Shown here piece by piece: positions 1 through 8,975 of a stretch of 30,432 nucleotides of DNA (positions are counted from its first letter, which is position 1; each line of letters starts with the position of its first letter). The position numbers and the translations under genes were made by a program. The notes below the pieces were generated by a model, which saw only the letters and a program-made list of their open reading frames with translations, was not told the origin of the DNA and made no database searches. Source of the DNA: Candidatus Pacearchaeota archaeon (GTDB lineage: Archaea > Nanobdellota > Nanobdellia > Pacearchaeales > GW2011-AR1); contig JASFEO010000015.1 in NCBI GenBank assembly GCA_050124795.1, positions 1-30,432 of the forward strand. Reading direction: 5' to 3'.

Positions 1-105
1 ATCAAAAGAAAGTACGGCGGAGAAGTTCGGGCAAAGAAAATTAAGGGAATGCAAGCAGAAATATTTTTGAAAGGGATTGCACACAATTTAAGCCTTGCGG
101 CTTAG
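1..105 (+). CDS. C-terminal fragment of an IS5-family (DDE) transposase, truncated by window start
   Basis: Frame +1 reads IKRKYGGEVRAKKIKGMQAEIFLKGIAHNLSLAA* (TAG 103-105). This matches the typical IS5-type C-terminal pattern KRxxG...R/A....Q..E...K...HN. Absent from the supplied ORF track because it is partial. Confidence 0.7.
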   Translation: MKRKYGGEVRAKKIKGMQAEIFLKGIAHNLSLAA

Positions 106-123
106 GAGATTTTCAGTGGAGCC
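106..123. mobile_element. Putative right terminal inverted repeat of the IS5-like element
   Basis: GAGATTTTCAGTGGAGCC lies directly after the transposase stop. Its reverse complement GGCTCCACTGAAAATC resembles GGC-initial IS5/IS903-group ends. The left end is outside the window, so it cannot be confirmed. Confidence 0.55.
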
Positions 124-194
124 TATCTAATCAGATTTACAATTTAAAAAAATTTATCAAAACCTATATTAACCAACTAAATTTTAAAATTTTC

Positions 195-1751
195 ATGCCA
201 AAAGAATTTTTAAAAAATATAACTCCAAGAGAATATCAGCAAAAAATTTTTTCTTCATGCATTGACAAAAATTGTTTAGTTGTTTTGCCAACGGGAATTG
301 GAAAAACTCTCATTGCTCTAATGCTTGCAATCGAAAGAATAAAAAAATTTCCCACACAAAAAATTCTTTTTCTCGCCCCAACAAAACCATTAGCTGAACA
401 GCACCTGAATTATTTTAAAAAATATTTGCCAGAACTTTTTTGCGAAATTGAACTTTTCACAGGAGCAGTTAATTCAAAAAAAAGAAAAAAAATTTTCCAG
501 ACTGCAGATATTATTTTCTCAACTCCGCAGTGCATTGCAAATGATTTAAAGAAAAAACTTTACAATTTAGAAAATATAAGTTTATTAATCGAAGATGAAG
601 CCCACAGATGCACAAAAAATTATGATTATAATTATATTGCAAGAGTTTACAACCGTGAGGCAAAAAATAAAAGAGTTTTAGGTTTAACAGCATCGCCGGG
701 AAGTGAGACAGAAAAAATAAAAGAAATTTGCAGGAATTTGTTTATAGATGCAGTCGAAATAAGAACAAGGGATTCTGAAGATGTGCGGGAATATTTGCAG
801 GAATTAAAATTTGAAAAAATCGAAGTTGCCTTTCCTGCAGAATTTGAAGAAATGCGTTATATGTTAAATAAACTCTATAACCAATACATTGAAGAATTAA
901 AAAAAAGAAAAGTTCTCTTCGGAATTATCAACAAAACAAGACTCCTTAAACTGCAAAAAGAAATTTCTTCAAGTCTTGCAAGAGGAAACAGAAACTTCAA
1001 TTATATGCTTGCGGCTTCAGCATGCGCTCAGGCAATAAAACTCCAGCATGCAATTGAATTATTAGAAACCCAAACACTCTCGAGCCTCAATAAATATTTA
1101 AAAAATTTATTTAATCAGGCTGCAAAAAAACAATCAAAAGGCGTTGTAAAATTAGTTGCAAAACCAGAATTTAATTTTTTGTTTATGAATTCAAATGAAT
1201 TATTAGCAAAAGAAAAAGAACATCCAAAGATTGAAAAGTTATATGAAATAATAAAAAATGATTTCTCGCAAAGCGAGAAATTAAAAATTATTGTCTTCAC
1301 GCAATTCAGAGATACTGCCACAGCAATTTCAAAAAGATTAAATAAAATTGAAAATGTAAATGCAAAAGTTTTTGTAGGACAAGCAAAAAAAGCAGACACT
1401 GGTTTATCGCAAAAAGAGCAAAAACAAATGATTGAAGAATTCTCCGACGGCAAAATCAATGTTCTTGTCGCGACTTCAATTGCAGAAGAAGGCCTTGACA
1501 TACCCGAAGTTAATGCAGTAATTTTTTATGAACCAATTCCCTCAGCAATTCGCGCAATTCAAAGAGCAGGCAGAACCGCAAGATTAATGAAAGGAAAACT
1601 AATTATCCTAATCACAAAAAACACACGGGATGAATCTTATTATTATGTCTCACGCGCCCGAGAGAAAAAAATGGCTTCAGCAATTTCTTCTGTAAAAAAA
1701 GATTTGGAAAATGGAAAATTAGAAAAAGAAGAGAAGCAGAAGAGATTGTAA
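195..1751 (+). CDS. hef: Hef/FANCM-type (ERCC4-related) SF2 DEAH helicase, helicase-only form
   Basis: Q motif PREYQ, motif I LPTGIGKT, LAPTKPL, DEAH, GLTASPG, VATSIAEEGLDIP, IQRAGRTAR. There is no C-terminal nuclease domain. Confidence 0.9.
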   Translation: MPKEFLKNITPREYQQKIFSSCIDKNCLVVLPTGIGKTLIALMLAIERIKKFPTQKILFLAPTKPLAEQHLNYFKKYLPELFCEIELFTGAVNSKKRKKIFQTADIIFSTPQCIANDLKKKLYNLENISLLIEDEAHRCTKNYDYNYIARVYNREAKNKRVLGLTASPGSETEKIKEICRNLFIDAVEIRTRDSEDVREYLQELKFEKIEVAFPAEFEEMRYMLNKLYNQYIEELKKRKVLFGIINKTRLLKLQKEISSSLARGNRNFNYMLAASACAQAIKLQHAIELLETQTLSSLNKYLKNLFNQAAKKQSKGVVKLVAKPEFNFLFMNSNELLAKEKEHPKIEKLYEIIKNDFSQSEKLKIIVFTQFRDTATAISKRLNKIENVNAKVFVGQAKKADTGLSQKEQKQMIEEFSDGKINVLVATSIAEEGLDIPEVNAVIFYEPIPSAIRAIQRAGRTARLMKGKLIILITKNTRDESYYYVSRAREKKMASAISSVKKDLENGKLEKEEKQKRL

Positions 1752-1804
1752 TATATATTCTCTACCACAACAATTCTTTATAAGTTAGTTTTTTTGAAAA
1801 GATT

Positions 1805-2368
1805 ATGAAAGAAGGATTTTCTAAAATAACTATTTCCGGAATGCCTGGTTCTGGGAAAACTACTCTTGCAAAAAACTTAGCTAAAATATTGGGATACGAA
1901 TTTATTTCAATTGGCAACCTCCAAGGTTTAACTGCAGAGAAATTAGGAATGACAATCAATAAATACATGGAACTCTCAAAACAAAAACCCGAATTACACA
2001 AAGAAATGGATAAAGTGACAACAGAGATTGGAAAAACAAAAAACAAAATAGTTGTTGAGGGTTGGGCAGCATACTATTTTATTCCTGATTCAAAAAAAAT
2101 TTATTTATATGCCAATGAAAAAATTGCTGCAGAAAGAATATTCAAAAACCAAAGACCTGATGAACCAAAATACAAAACTGAAAAAGAAGCAAGAATAAAA
2201 ACCAGGATAAGATATGAAACTTCAAAACAAGGAATTCAAAAAGCCCATGGAATTGACATTTCAGCTCTTTCAAATTTTGATTTAATTTTAAATGTATCAA
2301 ACAGAGATGAAAAACAAACTTTAGACAGGATACTCAAAAAAATTAAACAATACCAAAACAGAATATAA
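1805..2368 (+). CDS. cmk: Archaeal cytidylate kinase-like (Cmk/COG1102) P-loop nucleotide kinase, divergent
   Basis: ITISGMPGSGKTT P-loop, then AEKLGM, VVEG, ERI and GID...FDL segments typical of archaeal Cmk. Several usually conserved arginines are replaced. Confidence 0.72.
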   Translation: MKEGFSKITISGMPGSGKTTLAKNLAKILGYEFISIGNLQGLTAEKLGMTINKYMELSKQKPELHKEMDKVTTEIGKTKNKIVVEGWAAYYFIPDSKKIYLYANEKIAAERIFKNQRPDEPKYKTEKEARIKTRIRYETSKQGIQKAHGIDISALSNFDLILNVSNRDEKQTLDRILKKIKQYQNRI

Positions 2369-2402
2369 ATACTTATAAATATTTGACAATTAAAAAATTA
2401 AA

Positions 2403-3455
2403 ATGCCTGTTGATATAGTTCTTGGAGGTCAGGGAGGAGATGAAGGAAAAGGAAAAATTGCAGAATATCTTGCACACTCAGGAAATTATGAAATAGCCTT
2501 GAGAGTTCCGTCGCCTCAGGCAGGCCATAGTGTTATGATGAATGGAAAAAGAATAGGGCTTGCAAATCTTCCAAGTGCAGTTACAAATCCTGATATAAGA
2601 CTTCTCATCGGGATTGGAGGATTGGTTTCCCTTGAAAGATTAATCCTCGGAGAAACAACTGCCCAAGGAATAAAACATAATGCAGAAATAAAAACTACAG
2701 GCATAACAAAAGAAAGACTGGGAATTGACTATAATACTAGAGTTGTAACAAGTGACCAAAGAAACAGAGAGCAAAATGATGAACATTTAATGAAAAAAAT
2801 CGGAAGCATTGGCTCAGGCACAAGCGGCTGCAGAGTTGACACAATCATGAGATACCCTGATTTAAAAAAAGCAAAAGACTTCCTTGAACTGGCCCCTTAT
2901 TTAACAGACACAAAAAAAGAATTATTTTCTGCATTAGAACAAAGAAAGAAAATATTATTAGAATCAGACCATGGAGCAAAATTAGATATGATTCACGGAG
3001 AATATCCATTCGTCACAACGCGAATTGTCAATGCAGCAGGATTTTTATCAGAAGCAGGAATTTCACCAAAAGAAGTAGAAGATGTTTACTTAGTATTAAA
3101 ACCTTATACAACAAGAGTTGCAGATGGTCCACTGGAAAACGAAATTTTTGATAAAAAAGTTTTAAATTGGACGGTTAATAAAGGTGGAGAACAGGGCTCA
3201 ATAAGTGGAAGAGACAGAAGAATAGGTTCATTTGAATGGGAAAATGTAAGCGAAGTTATAAAAATGAATGGGGCAACAAAACTAGTAATAACCCACATGG
3301 ATGCGCCGAATTATGTATGGAAAAAAATAGGATTTAAAGATGATAAAGAATTTTTAGACCAAATTAAAAATAGATTATGCAAAAAATATCCTTATCCAAA
3401 AATATCCTTATTATCCTATGGGCCAGAATTAAAAGATATAATGGAACTTAAATGA
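2403..3455 (+). CDS. purA: Adenylosuccinate synthetase-like protein (short archaeal-size PurA), divergent active site
   Basis: GDEGKGK, AGH, HGEYPFVT, YTTRVADGPL, GRDRRIG, NGATKL and SYGP motifs; 350 aa. Confidence 0.85.
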   Translation: MPVDIVLGGQGGDEGKGKIAEYLAHSGNYEIALRVPSPQAGHSVMMNGKRIGLANLPSAVTNPDIRLLIGIGGLVSLERLILGETTAQGIKHNAEIKTTGITKERLGIDYNTRVVTSDQRNREQNDEHLMKKIGSIGSGTSGCRVDTIMRYPDLKKAKDFLELAPYLTDTKKELFSALEQRKKILLESDHGAKLDMIHGEYPFVTTRIVNAAGFLSEAGISPKEVEDVYLVLKPYTTRVADGPLENEIFDKKVLNWTVNKGGEQGSISGRDRRIGSFEWENVSEVIKMNGATKLVITHMDAPNYVWKKIGFKDDKEFLDQIKNRLCKKYPYPKISLLSYGPELKDIMELK

Positions 3456-4768
3456 AAAAGATTGCAATTATCGGCGCGGGACCAGCTGGTTTTTTCGCAT
3501 CTCATGAACTTATAAAAAAAAATAATTTTGACATTACGATTTTTGATAAAGGAAAACCAATTAATAAAAGAAAGTGCTATAGAGAAGAAAAAGAAAAATG
3601 TATTGAATGCAAACCCTGCAATGTTCATTGCGGAATCGGCGGAGCAGGATTAATGTCTGATGGCAAATTATTATTCCACACAAAAATAGGAAACAACTTA
3701 GGAGAAATCCTCTCAGAAGAAGAAAACCAAGGATTAGTTGATGAAGTGGAAAAAATATTCAGAAATTATGGAATTTCGCTTCATGAAAAAAACCCAACTA
3801 AAATTCAAGAATTAAAAACAAAAAGCCTGCAAAACGGAATTGATTTTATATATTCAAAGCAGGCGCACATTGGTTCAGATAAACTTCCTGGATTAATGAC
3901 TAAAATGAAAAATAACTTAGAAGAAAAAGGAGTTCAGTTTAAAGAAAATATGGAAATAAAAAATCCGGATATTTTAAAAGGAAATTTTGATGAAATTATT
4001 ATTGCTCCCGGAAGAGGAGGATCAAGTTGGCTTGAAAAAATCTTAAAAAAACAGAGTATAGAATATAATTATAGACCAGTAGATATCGGGCTAAGAGTTG
4101 AAGTTCCAAAAGAGATAACTAACCATATAACAAACATCACAAGGGACATGAAATTTTATACCAGGTCAAAAACATTTGATGATTTAGTAAGAACTTTTTG
4201 TGTCTGCCCCGGAGGATATGTTTCCCAGGAAAATCACTCAGGATTTAATTTAGTAAATGGCCATTCTGTTTCAGGAGACCCGTCGCCAAACACAAACTTT
4301 GCAATATTAACAACAATTCCTCTTGAAGGTTCATGCACAAATGAATATGCTGAACTAATGGCAAAAATGGGAAAAGTTCTTCGAGGAGGAGATAAAATAA
4401 CAATCCAAAGATTAGGAGATTTGAAAAGGGGAAGAAAAAGTAAAAAAAGTTCAAAACACTTTTTAGAACCAACATTAAAAGAAGCAGAATGGGGGGACAT
4501 AGCTCTTGCATTGGGAGCAAGACATTACATAAATCTAATGGAAGGTCTAGAAGAATTTAATAAAATCATCCCAGGACTCACAAATGACTCTACTCTTTTA
4601 TACGCACCGGAAATGAAATTTCATGGACTTAAAATAAATACAAACAAATATTTGCAGGCAAAAAAAGGAATTTATGTAGCAGGAGACGGCTCAGGATTTA
4701 GCAGAGGAATCGTCGGAGCAGCAGCAACAGGAATTTTATGCGCTAAGGGGATTTTAAGTGAAGAATAA
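3452..4768 (+). CDS. NAD(P)/FAD-dependent oxidoreductase (COG2509-like) with an N-terminal Cys cluster
   Basis: IIGAGPAG Rossmann motif, C..C..C.PC cluster, GIGGAGLMSDGKL, VDIGLRVE, RTFCVCPGG, NGHS, AGDGSG.SRG. ATGA overlap with the purA-like stop. Confidence 0.88.
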   Translation: MKKIAIIGAGPAGFFASHELIKKNNFDITIFDKGKPINKRKCYREEKEKCIECKPCNVHCGIGGAGLMSDGKLLFHTKIGNNLGEILSEEENQGLVDEVEKIFRNYGISLHEKNPTKIQELKTKSLQNGIDFIYSKQAHIGSDKLPGLMTKMKNNLEEKGVQFKENMEIKNPDILKGNFDEIIIAPGRGGSSWLEKILKKQSIEYNYRPVDIGLRVEVPKEITNHITNITRDMKFYTRSKTFDDLVRTFCVCPGGYVSQENHSGFNLVNGHSVSGDPSPNTNFAILTTIPLEGSCTNEYAELMAKMGKVLRGGDKITIQRLGDLKRGRKSKKSSKHFLEPTLKEAEWGDIALALGARHYINLMEGLEEFNKIIPGLTNDSTLLYAPEMKFHGLKINTNKYLQAKKGIYVAGDGSGFSRGIVGAAATGILCAKGILSEE

Positions 4769-4820
4769 ATATATTCTCCCTCACATAAATATTTATAAAT
4801 GATTCATCTCAAATAATTAC

Positions 4821-5027
4821 ATGACTTTACAAATAGATGACTGGATGACTTTTGGAATTCCTGGTGAAGAAAGAATAATTGCAAATAGATATGGTTTAAA
4901 TGAAAGTGAAACCCCCTCGGACGATGAAATAAACTCTCTTATTAAAAAGTATAAAAAAGAATTAGAGCAAAAAGAAGAAACAAATAAATACATTGAGTTG
5001 AGAGAATATCATTCTATGTGGGAATAA
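4821..5027 (+). CDS. Small hypothetical protein (68 aa)
   Basis: ATG-initiated ORF filling an intergenic gap, with a TTTATAAA box about 22-28 nt upstream. No recognisable motif. Confidence 0.55.
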   Translation: MTLQIDDWMTFGIPGEERIIANRYGLNESETPSDDEINSLIKKYKKELEQKEETNKYIELREYHSMWE

Positions 5028-5087
5028 TCTCATAAAATAATTAATACCACATAAAAACCTTTAAACTGTTTTTCTTTTCAGTTTTCT

Positions 5088-5777
5088 ATGAAAACTATTC
5101 ACAACATCTTCTCAACTGAGAAAATTATTTCAAAACCAAAAAAAGAACCTCCGAAGGAATCAATTATTATTGACTATCGCGAGAAAAATTCCTTGGTTGC
5201 TTCAGAACTTGTTTCATTAGGTTTTAAAATAAAATTCAAAGAATTAAAAGTTGCTGACTATATTATTAAAGACACTGCAATTGAGAGAAAAACAGTAAAT
5301 GATTTTTTGTCTTCAATGATTAACCATCGATTAATCAACCAACTCGAAGAACTCAAACAATATGAAAAAAAATTATTGCTAATTGAGGGAATAGATGAAC
5401 AGGAATTATATAATGATGAAAATAAAAAAATAAATGCAAATTCAATTCGCGGCTTTCTCCTATCGATTGCATTAAAACATAAAGTGCCGATAATTTTTAC
5501 AAAAGACTATTGCGACACTGCGAAATTCATTGAACTTATTGCAAGAAAAAAACAAACAAACTTTGGAATAAGACCAAACAAAAAAACTAAAAATAAATCT
5601 GAACAAATACAATTTATTCTCGAAGGCTTTCCAGGAATCGGCCCAACTCTTGCAAAAAAATTATTAACTGAATTTGGAAATTTAAAAAACATTTTCAATG
5701 CAAATTCTAAAGAACTTGAAAAATCAATCGGCAAAAAAGGAGAAATAATCAATAAAATTCTTGAGATAAAATATTAA
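5088..5777 (+). CDS. xpf: ERCC4/XPF-family structure-specific endonuclease with C-terminal helix-hairpin-helix
   Basis: IIIDYRE, VADY, ERKTVNDF (ERKxxxD), LLIEG, and HhH motif FPGIGPTLAKKLL. Confidence 0.9.
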   Translation: MKTIHNIFSTEKIISKPKKEPPKESIIIDYREKNSLVASELVSLGFKIKFKELKVADYIIKDTAIERKTVNDFLSSMINHRLINQLEELKQYEKKLLLIEGIDEQELYNDENKKINANSIRGFLLSIALKHKVPIIFTKDYCDTAKFIELIARKKQTNFGIRPNKKTKNKSEQIQFILEGFPGIGPTLAKKLLTEFGNLKNIFNANSKELEKSIGKKGEIINKILEIKY

Positions 5778-5998
5778 TACTTTAATTTAATCTGTCGAAG
5801 ATTTATTTCATAAGCATCCTCGCTTCTTATATTTTCTCGCCCAAAATGATAATCCCAAAATCCTTCTTCAAACAAAATATTCTCCAAAGGATGTATATGC
5901 TGAGAAAAATTAAATCCCTCCTCAGGAATAATCCTCACTGGAAGACCAGATTCTTTTGCTTCCCTTACAACCGCCCTTGCATCTAATTTTATTGCCAT
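5774..5998 (-). CDS. Small hypothetical protein (74 aa)
   Basis: ATG start, plausible composition, convergent stop overlap with xpf, TTTAAA box upstream. Confidence 0.5.
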   Translation of the reverse strand: MAIKLDARAVVREAKESGLPVRIIPEEGFNFSQHIHPLENILFEEGFWDYHFGRENIRSEDAYEINLRQIKLKY

Positions 5999-6146
5999 TA
6001 AAAAAACTTAATTCAAATTTCTTTTTTAAATCTTTCCTTAATAAAAAATATATTTTCAAAACCAATAATCATTTAAATGAATAAAAACTTTTTATTTTAT
6101 ATTTTCTTTTTTATATCTTCAGGAATATTAATTAAAACAAAACATC

Positions 6147-6386
6147 TCATTTTCCCTTATTCTTTCTTAAGTCATCCCGTCTTAGAGTAATCTTAATAAT
6201 AACCTCTCTGATTAAAAAGAACAACAAAATTACAATAACCAATAAAATAAAAATTCCTGAGAAAAAAATTATCCGAATATCAATTTCTTCCAATGTCTCA
6301 ACAAACCTATCAATAAAACCCAAGGTCGCTGAAAGAATAGAAGTAATAACTGAAAATACAACAAGTTTTCTGTCAGTTGTTACCAT
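6147..6386 (-). CDS. Small membrane protein with two predicted TM helices
   Basis: Two hydrophobic stretches (LVVFSVITSILSATLGFI; IIFFSGIFILLVIVILLFFLI) and a basic C-tail. TTTATAAA about 25 nt upstream. Confidence 0.6.
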   Translation of the reverse strand: MVTTDRKLVVFSVITSILSATLGFIDRFVETLEEIDIRIIFFSGIFILLVIVILLFFLIREVIIKITLRRDDLRKNKGK

Positions 6387-6442
6387 AAAACAAAAAAGAA
6401 AATATAATTTATAAATTTAATTAGAAGATTAATAAAACAAGA

Positions 6443-7246
6443 TTAAATTAATTCACTCAAAATCTTAGCACCTAACTTAACAGTCTCTTCACCACCTTTC
6501 TTAGTGGGGTTAATTTCGACAATATCAACTCCTTTCAAATTCTTAATTTTATTAATTCTCTGAATCAAATAAATAAAATCCCTCGAAGAAATTCCTCCGG
6601 GTTCAGAATATCCAGTTGCAGGAGCAAATGCCGGATCAGTAACATCAATATCAATTGAAACATAAGTCTCGCGTGAATTCGCAAACTCAGTAATTGTATC
6701 AGCAATATTTTGTATATCCTCGATAATAGAATTAACACTAATCTTTTGAATTTTCTTCTCATTCATAAATTTAATCTCTTCACGATCTGAATTTCTAACA
6801 CCGACCAATAAAATATTTTTTGCAGGAAAACCTTCATCAATTAATTTCCTAAGCCATTCTTCATGAGTTGGTTCATTCATCGCAGGCATTAAATCGGGAT
6901 GCGCATCAAAAACAATTAAACAAGGTTCCTTCTCCTCTTTCCTGCAATAATCATATAATGATTTAACAAGAGAATAACTAATTGAATGATCTCCTCCAAG
7001 AAAAATAGTCTTTGGTTTATCCTCATAAGCCTCATAAGAATTTTTATAAATTAATTTATTTGTTAATTCCAAATTAAAATTATCAAGATGAATTTCTTCT
7101 AAATCAAATAATGAAGTATCAATTGGCACACCCTTTTCATTTGAATGAATTTCTTTTATTGACCTTATTATTTCATTGCCTGCATTCTCACAACCTTGAG
7201 TTTTTCCAAGTCCGTTTATCCCGGGAACCTTCACAATAAATACCAT
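6443..7246 (-). CDS. speB: Arginase/agmatinase (ureohydrolase) family protein
   Basis: GGDHS, DAHPD, SIDIDVTDPAFAP.TG..EPGG and DIVEINP metal-binding motifs. The exact substrate cannot be determined from sequence. Confidence 0.85.
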   Translation of the reverse strand: MVFIVKVPGINGLGKTQGCENAGNEIIRSIKEIHSNEKGVPIDTSLFDLEEIHLDNFNLELTNKLIYKNSYEAYEDKPKTIFLGGDHSISYSLVKSLYDYCRKEEKEPCLIVFDAHPDLMPAMNEPTHEEWLRKLIDEGFPAKNILLVGVRNSDREEIKFMNEKKIQKISVNSIIEDIQNIADTITEFANSRETYVSIDIDVTDPAFAPATGYSEPGGISSRDFIYLIQRINKIKNLKGVDIVEINPTKKGGEETVKLGAKILSELI

Positions 7247-7325
7247 AAAAATAATTAGAAGAGGAGTTTTAAATTGTTTTGTTTATCACAATAATGCTTA
7301 AATAGCTCTAAAACATTTAGTTTAT

Positions 7326-8939
7326 ATGAATAAAAGAGATGAAGAGATTCTTAGAGTTCTAAAAAGAGAATTAAAAAATTTAGAAAAGATGACTTTATCA
7401 GACCCTCTTTCAAAGAAAAGAAAAATTTCACCTTTTTTTGTTTCAATAACTTTGAAAGATAGTTCATCTTATCAATCCGAATTATCAGAAGGAGCAACTA
7501 TAATAAGTCTCAAAAGAGATCCGGATATAAAAACAAGGGTTCAAATTGTAGTCGGAGACTATGGCCGTGGTTGCAAAGGAGTTATGATTAACCCTTTTTT
7601 CCCTGAAGATAGAAATTTAAACGTCTTTACAAAATTTTTAAGAAGAGATGCAAATGAATCATTTTACGAAGCTGTAAAAGAGTTACAATACAGCATAACT
7701 GATTCTATTGGAGTTCCGGATGAATTTAATTCTTTTTCCTTTTTTTCTAAAGAAAAAAAATCAAAATATTACTCTAATAAAATAAGATTTCAAATAAAAA
7801 AGATAAAAGAGATGGAAGTAATGTTAAAAGAACTTTCAAAAAAATTCATTCATCCTGAAATATATTCATCAGAAATAGGCCTTAAAGCGAATAAAACAAG
7901 GAGATATTTTATTAATTCAGAAGGAACAGAAATTGTAGATGATTGCCTTACTTCATGTATAAATCTTGAAGCAATTGTAAGAGATGAAACTAACCTACTC
8001 CTAGAAAATGGGAAAACATTCAATGTTAGGGATCCAAAGAATTTTCCATCAAAAGAAAATCTAGAAAAAACAATAAAAAATATAATTAAGGAATCAATTA
8101 AAATAAAAAACTCCCCGATTCAGGAGGCAGGAATCTATCCAACCTTAATGGATGGAATAAATTGTATAGTTAATTGGCATGAAGCGATTGGTCATGGATT
8201 AGAGGCTCAAAGAACTTCTGATGATGAGGATGAGGATGAAGATAACAGAGATTTAACTTTTTATAAAAAAATAGGAGAAAGAATAGCCCCGGATTTCATA
8301 AAAGTTACTGAGAACCCGCGATTAAAAGGTTATTATGGTAGCTATGAATATGATGAAGAAGGAATTCCTTCGCAAGAAACAATCTTAGTAGAAAATGGAA
8401 TTCTAAAAAATTATTTGCATTCAAGGTCTACTACGGGAAAATTTACAAAAAAATATAAAATAAAAACAAAATCAAATGGACATTCAAGGTCAGAAAAAGC
8501 AGAAGACCCTGTGCCAAGAATGGGGGTACTAAAAGTTGAATCTAAAAGGGTTTTTCCCTTCAAAAAACTAAAAGAAATGTTTATTGAAGAATGTAAAAGA
8601 AAAAAAGCTCCCTATGGAATTTTACTTCAAGATACCTGGGGGGGATTCACTCTTGGGGGATATTTTAATGCATTTCCAAAAAACATTTTTAAGGTATATC
8701 AAAATGGAAAAACAGAACGTGTAAGAGGAATTTACATTTCTAGTACACCTTATCAATTGCTAGAAAAAATAGAAGCAACTTCAGACGAATATAGCGTCTC
8801 TGAAGGACATTGCGGAGCAGAATCAGGGACAGTTCCATTTACAGGGATCGGTCAAGATGCATTTTTCAAATCAGTTGAATTCGGAAGAATTCCTAGAGAA
8901 GAATATAACCAAGCCTATCCGTTACTCTTAGATATTTAA
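7326..8939 (+). CDS. tldD: TldD/PmbA-family metalloprotease (TldD-type)
   Basis: HEAIGHGLE (HExxGH), NSEGT, YDEEGIP, LVENGILKNYLHSR, NGHSR, PVPRM, C-terminal CGAESG.VP. Confidence 0.88.
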   Translation: MNKRDEEILRVLKRELKNLEKMTLSDPLSKKRKISPFFVSITLKDSSSYQSELSEGATIISLKRDPDIKTRVQIVVGDYGRGCKGVMINPFFPEDRNLNVFTKFLRRDANESFYEAVKELQYSITDSIGVPDEFNSFSFFSKEKKSKYYSNKIRFQIKKIKEMEVMLKELSKKFIHPEIYSSEIGLKANKTRRYFINSEGTEIVDDCLTSCINLEAIVRDETNLLLENGKTFNVRDPKNFPSKENLEKTIKNIIKESIKIKNSPIQEAGIYPTLMDGINCIVNWHEAIGHGLEAQRTSDDEDEDEDNRDLTFYKKIGERIAPDFIKVTENPRLKGYYGSYEYDEEGIPSQETILVENGILKNYLHSRSTTGKFTKKYKIKTKSNGHSRSEKAEDPVPRMGVLKVESKRVFPFKKLKEMFIEECKRKKAPYGILLQDTWGGFTLGGYFNAFPKNIFKVYQNGKTERVRGIYISSTPYQLLEKIEATSDEYSVSEGHCGAESGTVPFTGIGQDAFFKSVEFGRIPREEYNQAYPLLLDI

Positions 8940-8975
8940 ACCTAAACAATTATTAAAAATCCCCCTCGGAGACTT

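Noticed and set aside
2403-3455. PurZ (2-aminoadenine, Z-genome) assignment
   Set aside because: The catalytic Asp in GDEGKG is retained (PurZ has Ser), and no dATPase, MazZ-like or phage polymerase genes are nearby.
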